Source of the DNA: Candidatus Asgardarchaeum abyssi
GTDB taxonomy: Archaea > Asgardarchaeota > Asgardarchaeia > Asgardarchaeales > Asgardarchaeaceae
Direction of reading: 5' to 3'
DNA: 13,363 nt
Assembly: GCA_040225955.1 (NCBI GenBank)
Contig: JBECUL010000054.1
Location: 1 to 13,363, forward strand
The position numbers were made by a program, and so were the translations under genes. Below the pieces are notes generated by a model. That model made no database searches, was not told the origin of the DNA, and saw nothing but the letters and a program-made list of their open reading frames with translations. Of this stretch, positions 7,031 through 13,363 are shown in pieces (the stretch's first letter is position 1; each line of letters opens with the position of its first letter).

Positions 7031-7990
7031 TCACTCTAAAAACGTTTCAATGTTGAAGAAAAAGTCTGTTCCAAGGTCTAGGAGCTCTTCTATTTCTTGT
7101 TGTGTTAGTGTTTTAACTTTTGTTTGGTAATTATCTAAGTATGTAAGAGAGACGTTAACATCTCCTTTTGGAGATTTTTCGAGTATTGAGATCACAAAGT
7201 ATGGATTATGAGTTGATACGAAAAATTGGTTGTTTTTGTTATCGAGAGCTATTCTTTCAGCAATGAATTTTGTGTAGTACGGAAATGCATGAGCTTCGGG
7301 CTCCTCAAAAGCTATTATGGAGTTCTCATTAGAGTGAAGAATAGTTAAGAAGAAAATAATTCTTTGTAGAGTTTCGGACAGAAGATGATAAGGGAATGCA
7401 ACAATTATGTCTTCTAATTCTTTCTGAATAGCGATTTTATTTTCTGGAGGGTTTAATACGAGGCGATAACCGAAATTATCGAGAATCTGCTTAATTACAC
7501 TTTTTAGCTTTTTATGTGTTAGGATAACTGTGAGTAGGTTTTCTCCGTGAGGAGGAACAAGATAATCAGATCTCTGATTAGGGAAAAGCTTCAGTTTTTG
7601 AAATCTATAGAACTTGAATTTCCGAAAATCATCTATGGCTACCTTTTGCGATAAATCGGAATATGTATAACTAGTTAGCAGTGACTCCTTACCATTCTCA
7701 GAAGCAGTTATTAGAAATTTACCATTTCTGAATTTGATCATAACTTTTTTACTATCGGTCTGAATTGTAATTTCTTCTGACAAATCGTTATCATAAAAGA
7801 GATTAATTAAGCTCTCAAATCTAATGAAATCGCTTATTTTTCCATGGTATAGGTGAGAAAGAAAACCGATAACCTCTAATATATTCGACTTACCGGTATT
7901 TGGCTCCCCTATGAAGAGGTTTATTCTTTTGCATTCTAATAATAGTTCTTTTATGGATTTAAAATTTCTGATGAGTAAAGTTTTTATCAA
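7031..7990 (-). CDS. ABC-type ATPase of the AAA_15/AAA_21 (OLD/AbiEii-like) group
   Basis: IRNFKSI; Walker A GEPNTGKS; degenerate signature LSETLQR; Walker B/D-loop IIAFEEPEAH; H-loop FVSTHNPY. TTG start with GGAG upstream. Confidence 0.88.
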   Translation of the reverse strand: MIKTLLIRNFKSIKELLLECKRINLFIGEPNTGKSNILEVIGFLSHLYHGKISDFIRFESLINLFYDNDLSEEITIQTDSKKVMIKFRNGKFLITASENGKESLLTSYTYSDLSQKVAIDDFRKFKFYRFQKLKLFPNQRSDYLVPPHGENLLTVILTHKKLKSVIKQILDNFGYRLVLNPPENKIAIQKELEDIIVAFPYHLLSETLQRIIFFLTILHSNENSIIAFEEPEAHAFPYYTKFIAERIALDNKNNQFFVSTHNPYFVISILEKSPKGDVNVSLTYLDNYQTKVKTLTQQEIEELLDLGTDFFFNIETFLE

Positions 7991-8035
7991 GCTAACTCCA
8001 TCCCTAATGCTATTTATATGTTGCTATAAACTAAT

Positions 8036-8214
8036 TGGGGTTCACGGTTGGTAGACTCTCATAGAAATAAGTGAGCTTTTATCTACCAACCGTTTCCCCA
8101 TCATCGAGGCTGATGCCTCTAATAGGGCCTTCGGAGTAAACCCAGAGCCCCACATCTAAAGATAAGGCGCCCTCATAGGCTGCTATGCAGCCAGAGCAGA
8201 GAGGGCATGCCGCC
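8036..8214 (-). ncRNA. GC-rich structured RNA candidate, probably an orphan TnpB omega-RNA or internally deleted IS derivative
   Basis: It has a perfect 12-bp stem (8044-8055/8082-8093) closed by 8036-8040/8096-8100, a hairpin at 8106-8119 and a nested hairpin at 8166-8211. A minus-strand TTTATATA lies at 8237-8244. The minus strand reads MWGSGFTPKAL, reminiscent of archaeal TnpB C-terminal tails. Confidence 0.5.
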
Positions 8215-8236
8215 AATACTAAATGTGCCGAACAAG

Positions 8237-8244
8237 TATATAAA
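8237..8244 (-). promoter_or_regulatory. Archaeal TATA box for the structured RNA
   Basis: TTTATATA lies about 23 nt upstream of the G (8214) where the GC-rich structured segment starts. Confidence 0.45.
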
Positions 8245-8421
8245 TCCATCTAAACCGTAACAGTTTCAGAAGGCTTTTCTGGATCTAGGTGCATGAGGTT
8301 GATAAGCGAATACAGAGCTTTATTTTTTAAAAGGGCTGAAATTTGATTTTTTGAGGCATATTTTTTACAAGTGCTCTCGGTTACCTAAAAAAATAAATAG
8401 AATTTTAATTTCATTTTAATT

Positions 8422-10269
8422 ATGATGAGTGATCTATTAGTAGTAAAGATAACCTTAATGAGATACAGACCTACAGTATATAGGATAGTAGAAATCTCTA
8501 GTGATTGGTCTTTATATGATTTTGCATGGTTGATTACAGAGCTTTTTAACTTTGATTTTGACCATCCTTTTGGGTTTTATGATTCTGCAAATCTTGGTAA
8601 AGTACAAAATGCTTTTGAATTATTTGTTGATGAGGGAATGGAGCCTACAGTAGAGGGGACGCTTAGTGTAAAGAAATCAAAAGTGCAGGACCTATTTAAG
8701 ATTATTGGGAAGACTGCATATTTTCTGTTTGACTATGGCGATGAGTGGTGGTTTAAATTAGAGCTTATAGAAACAAAGCACGCTAAGTCAAAAAAGAAGA
8801 TGTACTGGAAGCTTCTAGAGAAGAGGGGTACTCCACCGCCACAGTATCCACCAGTAGAAGATGAAGAAGAGTTTGAAGTGGATACAGAACATATAGAAGA
8901 TTCATATGACATAGATGAAGATACTAAGGTGTACTTAGAATCAGACGAAGAGGTTGAGGAAGAGGAGGGAATTTATTCAGATATAATTAAAAGAGATTTC
9001 ATTGATTTTTTAAGAGAAGACCTTAAAATAACCGACTCAAAGTTCGATAAAATTATTGAGGAATTTGGTGAAACTGCAGCCAAGTGTGTTCCAGATTATT
9101 ACACTGATAATGAGCTTTTGTCATACACCGGTATTCTTGTGAGGTTTATGCTAGATAGAAGGTCTCATGACAAAAATGTAATTGATTTCGCTATACTTCT
9201 CAGTAAAAAAATAATAAACTTAATAGAACAACAAGAGAGACGTTTTTTAAGGAAATATGACTTTATTCTTCCGCCATCTCATTATACCATTTATTTCCCA
9301 ATATTTCGCCTGGTTAGCTGTATGATCGCCGCAAAGTATCGATTAAAAACAATTTATGATACTATCGTTTCAAGCATTTTCTACTATCATGATAAAGTTG
9401 ATGACGTCCCTCAGTTAGTGCATATTTTTGAGTATCTCTTGAAAGATAGTAAGTACTATGATACAGCTGCATTGATTTTCCTGTGGATGTTAATGTGCGG
9501 ACAAAAATACTTAAGTAACGAGAACAAGATCGAACTAATTAAAGAAATTGAAGAAAGTTCAAAGATTAGTGAATCTTGGAAAATAGTGCTCTCCTCCTAC
9601 ATTCTTCTCATATCTATTTTATTAACAATCGATAGCGTACTCCTTTACTCTGGGGTTAGTAGATGTTATCCGCGTAATAATGAAGTTCAGATAATTAAAA
9701 TTCTAAACAGCTTTAATAATTCTCGTTTTAAGAGTCGGAAATCATTAGATATTAGCAAAATCCAAAACATTCTGACAAAATTCATTAATAATTTCTTCCA
9801 TTATTTTGATAATAGAAAAAGTATTCCTGCGAAACAGATATTAGAAAGCGCACGTAGCATTATCCTTGCCTCATTTGATATATGGCCAGTATCCAATAAA
9901 ATCCCAGCACAGGTCTTCAAACAAGCTTTATATTTCAAGATAGGCAAGCTTTCTAACAAAAAATCTGTTGATTTATTAACTCTTCTTAAGGATGTCTTCG
10001 TCCCAAGTGATGAGTTTATTAAGAAAAAGTATCTGCCGATTATTGCAGATGCTTTCTTTGATTTTGCATCAAAGATCGATATGGAAAATGCGGTAAAGCA
10101 CCTAAATGAACTTAGGAAAGATAATTACTACGAGATTAGACTTAAGGCATATAAGGCACTCTATGAGTTGACTCATGATGATAAATATCTTAAGAGTGCG
10201 CTCGATGACAGAGCAATGACTATACGTTCGTGGGCTAAATCTATGCTAGCGTCAAAAAATAAATCATAG
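8422..10269 (+). CDS. pRiA4b ORF-3-like (IS1096 passenger/TnpR-like) domain fused via an acidic linker to an alpha-helical, HEAT-like region
   Basis: VYRIVEI...SLYDFAWLI...FDFDHPFGF...FLFDYGDEWWFKLEL...GTPPPQYP is followed by an Asp/Glu-rich stretch. The C-terminus has HEAT-like units (KDNYYEIRLKAYKAL, DDRAMTIRSWA). Confidence 0.8.
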   Translation: MMSDLLVVKITLMRYRPTVYRIVEISSDWSLYDFAWLITELFNFDFDHPFGFYDSANLGKVQNAFELFVDEGMEPTVEGTLSVKKSKVQDLFKIIGKTAYFLFDYGDEWWFKLELIETKHAKSKKKMYWKLLEKRGTPPPQYPPVEDEEEFEVDTEHIEDSYDIDEDTKVYLESDEEVEEEEGIYSDIIKRDFIDFLREDLKITDSKFDKIIEEFGETAAKCVPDYYTDNELLSYTGILVRFMLDRRSHDKNVIDFAILLSKKIINLIEQQERRFLRKYDFILPPSHYTIYFPIFRLVSCMIAAKYRLKTIYDTIVSSIFYYHDKVDDVPQLVHIFEYLLKDSKYYDTAALIFLWMLMCGQKYLSNENKIELIKEIEESSKISESWKIVLSSYILLISILLTIDSVLLYSGVSRCYPRNNEVQIIKILNSFNNSRFKSRKSLDISKIQNILTKFINNFFHYFDNRKSIPAKQILESARSIILASFDIWPVSNKIPAQVFKQALYFKIGKLSNKKSVDLLTLLKDVFVPSDEFIKKKYLPIIADAFFDFASKIDMENAVKHLNELRKDNYYEIRLKAYKALYELTHDDKYLKSALDDRAMTIRSWAKSMLASKNKS

Positions 10270-10361
10270 TAGTTAGTAATCTATTTTATATAGATTAATA
10301 AGTACTAAAAGATTTGTAGCTGCTTTTTTATTTTGACTTCACTAGTTTTTCTTAATTTTAC

Positions 10362-10535
10362 AAAGTTGACGCCAGAAAGCTCCTGCCTTAGCGGGAGATG
10401 AATGGGTCGATGGTTTAAATAATATTTTTTTTCTTTTCTAATTAATAATAATTGGGTATATAATTGTGAGTAATGAGCATCCAAAGAATGAAAACCTTAG
10501 AAGCGAGAATCCCTACTTTAGTGGGTGTGTGTCAA
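10362..10535 (+). mobile_element. 174-bp IS200/IS605-derived miniature element (both ends, no genes)
   Basis: TTAC 10358-10361, the same 14-nt spacer, AAAG 10376-10379, hairpin 10380-10397 followed by ATGAAT as in the large element. The right end has GAAT 10507-10510, hairpin 10511-10525 and TCAA 10532-10535. Confidence 0.8.
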
Positions 10536-10729
10536 GCTTGACCCAACATATCTCTATACCAAATGAATTTTCATAGAGCATATTTAGCTTTCTAATCCAC
10601 AGATGTATCATTTTCTTCTGCGAAAATATCTATTCATAAAAATACTTAATTATCATGAGACTATAGATTAATAATAAAATTCTCTTACTATCTATCGATC
10701 ATATTAGACTTGCAATAACGGGTGATTAT

Positions 10730-13111
10730 ATGCGTCACGCTACTATAGTATGTGGTGTGATGCTGTTTATTCTTGTAATGTCACCACTATTGAGTATAAC
10801 ATTAAATGAGAGTTATGTCAGAGCAACTATGAAGAGAGACAAATTACTCATAAAACTGGAGGAAAATAATATTCACATAACAGCTGTGATTAATGGAGAC
10901 TGGAACATAACATCAGCTACGACTTTCGAAAATGGGGAAGTGACAGTTAATGGTAGAATTTTTATTAAGAGTGGAGGTACTCTAATTCTGCGAAATGCCA
11001 CAGTTTACATGAATCCAACCTATAATGGTGAATTCTGGATCGAAGTTTTCAGTGGAGGAGCTTTGATTTTAGATAATGCTACGATCACTGTCTACAACCC
11101 AGATTATCGGTATTATATCAAACTAGATAAAGGGGCAAAATTTATTATGAGCAATAACAGTGAGATAAGTTTTGCTGGCTTTGTTGCTGAGCCAGAAAAG
11201 CTTGGGATATGGATTAATACGGATAATGTTACGATATCAGAGAGTAGAATTAGTAACTGTTATGAAGTGTATGTTTATAATGTTACGAATCTAACAATTA
11301 CAGATACTGAGGTTTGTTGCTGTAGTGAGATTAAGATTTCTAAATCAAGCAATATCACTATAGAGGATAATATAATTAGTAATTTGCAGAACAGCCTTAC
11401 TTTCGAATCATCTCATGATGTTGAGATACGAAATAATACAATATACGATTCTACGTATTCCGGGATTAGTTTAAGCAATGTAAATGATACGGTAATCGAG
11501 TTTAACATTCTTAATAACACGGGGAATAGCATCTCCATTGGTGACTCTTATAACATTGTATTAAGGGAAAACAAGATCACGAGGGGAGATTATGGTGTGT
11601 ACATAAGTAGCTCAGCAAACATTACGATAAGTGATAACGAAATTTGGAATAACGGCTATGGAGTTTATATTGAGTTTGCTTTTAATATCACAGTTTTGGA
11701 GAATAATATTACATCTTTTACTTCGGCAGGAATTGAAATCAGTGGAAGCAACAAAATTACTGTTAAGAAGAATTATGTGGATAATGTTCTTTACTACGGT
11801 TGCTTTTATGGTATTGAATTATCCTCTGGAGAGAATAATAGCATTTTGCAGAATACCGTAAAAGGTTGCAGTGTAGGTCTTTTCATACTCGGCGCTAACA
11901 ATTCACATGTTTCAGGCAATACTCTGCTAATGAATCCCATTATTGTATTTGCAAACACGAAGAACGAAATTTCTGGCTTGGTGATTTCAGATGATAATAC
12001 ATTAAACGGCCACCCGATTAAATATTACTATAACCTTAGTGGTAAGAAAATTACTGGTGGCACTATTGGCGAGCTACTCTTTCTTTACTCTGAGAATATA
12101 ACAATTATTAATGTTGCTGTACATACACTCTTTATAGGATACTCAAACAATATTTCTGCGAGTTATATTTTTGCTGAAAATAGCACTTACGGAGTTTATG
12201 TTGTATTATCCCATCATATAACAATTGAGAATTCAAATGTTCAAAGAAACAAATATGGTGTTTTTTTGTACTATTCAGATCATATTTCCATCAGAGAATG
12301 TAACGTTAAAGACAATAGCGACGGTGTTTACACTCATACTATTCAGTACATGTACCTCAGTGAATGTACAATTTCTGAGAATACTTATGGGCTGCATGCT
12401 AATAACTTAGATGATTCTATAGTCTCTAAAACAATATTTATGCTTAATTCGTACTCCCTTAAGATCAACAGTCAAAGCGCAAACATAACATTCTACCTTA
12501 ATGATTTCCTACTTAACGACCATGCACCGATAGACAATGGTGCTAATCGTTTTGATAACGGAACGATTGGCAACTACTGGATGAGATACTCTGGTTCCGA
12601 TCTGAATAATGATGGAATTGGAGACACACCATATTATATTGATAGCGACAGTGTGGACCACTATCCTCTTATGGCCCCATATCGTTTTGAGGACACAATA
12701 GCCCCAATAATTCATAGTGTGAGTCGAGTGCCAGAGCAGCCGAATTCCTCTGAAGTTGTTATTATCTATGCAAACGTAACGGATAACATACGTATTAAAA
12801 CCGTAATCTTGAGCTATTATAATGGAAGCGGATGGACTAATGTTACCATGACATATAATGAAACAATTGGCTTATATGTCGGCGTAATTCCAAATCTTCC
12901 TCAGAACACAACAGTGCAGTATAGAATATATGCAGTGGATTACTCTGGAAATTGGGCAGTTAGTGATACGTATAGCTACACCGTTACTCCAGAGGTACAA
13001 GAAAGACCACCAGAGTATCCTGTCGAACTGATTATTATTGTGATCCTAATGATCGCTGTAGTCATCATTATTGCGGCGTATAAGCTTAGAAAGAAGAAAG
13101 AAGAAAAATGA
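10730..13111 (+). CDS. Secreted, membrane-anchored right-handed parallel beta-helix (NosD/pectin-lyase-like) surface protein with a C-terminal Ig-like domain
   Basis: It has an N-terminal hydrophobic signal and many GIxLxxSxNxxIxxNxI repeats. The motif GNYW..YSGSDLNNDGIGDTPY..DHYPL is present, followed by a DTIAPII...YRIYAVDYSGNW beta-sandwich. The C-terminus is a TM helix plus KLRKKKEEK, and NxS/T sequons are numerous. Confidence 0.88.
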   Translation: MRHATIVCGVMLFILVMSPLLSITLNESYVRATMKRDKLLIKLEENNIHITAVINGDWNITSATTFENGEVTVNGRIFIKSGGTLILRNATVYMNPTYNGEFWIEVFSGGALILDNATITVYNPDYRYYIKLDKGAKFIMSNNSEISFAGFVAEPEKLGIWINTDNVTISESRISNCYEVYVYNVTNLTITDTEVCCCSEIKISKSSNITIEDNIISNLQNSLTFESSHDVEIRNNTIYDSTYSGISLSNVNDTVIEFNILNNTGNSISIGDSYNIVLRENKITRGDYGVYISSSANITISDNEIWNNGYGVYIEFAFNITVLENNITSFTSAGIEISGSNKITVKKNYVDNVLYYGCFYGIELSSGENNSILQNTVKGCSVGLFILGANNSHVSGNTLLMNPIIVFANTKNEISGLVISDDNTLNGHPIKYYYNLSGKKITGGTIGELLFLYSENITIINVAVHTLFIGYSNNISASYIFAENSTYGVYVVLSHHITIENSNVQRNKYGVFLYYSDHISIRECNVKDNSDGVYTHTIQYMYLSECTISENTYGLHANNLDDSIVSKTIFMLNSYSLKINSQSANITFYLNDFLLNDHAPIDNGANRFDNGTIGNYWMRYSGSDLNNDGIGDTPYYIDSDSVDHYPLMAPYRFEDTIAPIIHSVSRVPEQPNSSEVVIIYANVTDNIRIKTVILSYYNGSGWTNVTMTYNETIGLYVGVIPNLPQNTTVQYRIYAVDYSGNWAVSDTYSYTVTPEVQERPPEYPVELIIIVILMIAVVIIIAAYKLRKKKEEK

Positions 13112-13275
13112 TTTTCTCTTTTATACAATCTTTATCAGAAATTATAACCCAAAATAATCCTTTAATAGTGCTTTCATTCGTTTCATAGATAAAGCATCTA
13201 TATATCCTATTCTTTTTATGAATCTTTTATAGCTCAATGAACGAATTTGAAAAATTAAGGCTATAGAATCAGTCC

Positions 13276-13363
13276 TTGACCTCCTCCCCGCACTAAAGTG
13301 CGGGGAATCCTAAGATTCCCCGGCGGGGAGGTTCGACCATCCTCCACCGGGAAAAATCCCAGT
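13276..13363 (-). mobile_element. Right end of another IS200/IS605 (tnpB-type) element extending beyond the window
   Basis: The minus strand reads AACCTCCCCG..GGGAATC..CCCCGCACTTTAGTGCGGGGAGGAGGTCAA. It is nearly identical to 4071-4118 apart from a short insertion and a few substitutions. Confidence 0.88.

Noticed and set aside
11631-12715. ORFs 11631-11861, 12225-12410 and 12509-12715
   Set aside because: Alternative frames within the beta-helix gene.
10730-13111. Calling the gene nosD
   Set aside because: Only the fold motif is shared, no nos genes are nearby, and such proteins are generic archaeal surface proteins.
1-13363. CRISPR array, tRNA or rRNA
   Set aside because: No regularly spaced repeats and no cloverleaf or rRNA-like sequence were seen.

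Overview
AT-rich archaeal window. It has GGTGA/GAGG-type RBSs and TTTA[A/T]ATA boxes. A longin-like gene suggests an Asgard archaeon (inference). After a flippase-like gene end and a longin + coiled-coil gene comes a ~9 kb decaying toxin-antitoxin/defence/IS island. The island holds two intact HEPN-MNT pairs and an intact vapB with a multiply frameshifted vapC. It also holds an ABC-type ATPase whose TOPRIM-like partner is cut to 11 codons, a wHTH gene, and a truncated ATPase/DUF234 gene. An IS200/IS605 element (2645-4118) has a gutted tnpA and an intact tnpB with the rearranged, Fanzor-like RuvC-II site. Three more related pieces lie nearby: a 174-bp mini-element with both ends, a third right end at the window edge, and a promoter-equipped structured RNA that resembles a tnpB 3' end. 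A pRiA4b-ORF3/HEAT protein and a membrane-anchored NosD-type beta-helix protein close the window. The best leads are (1) a longin protein with a 16-layer SNARE-spaced heptad and (2) one immobilised TnpB with several potential omega-RNA guide sources. All family assignments come from motif recognition by eye, not database searches.
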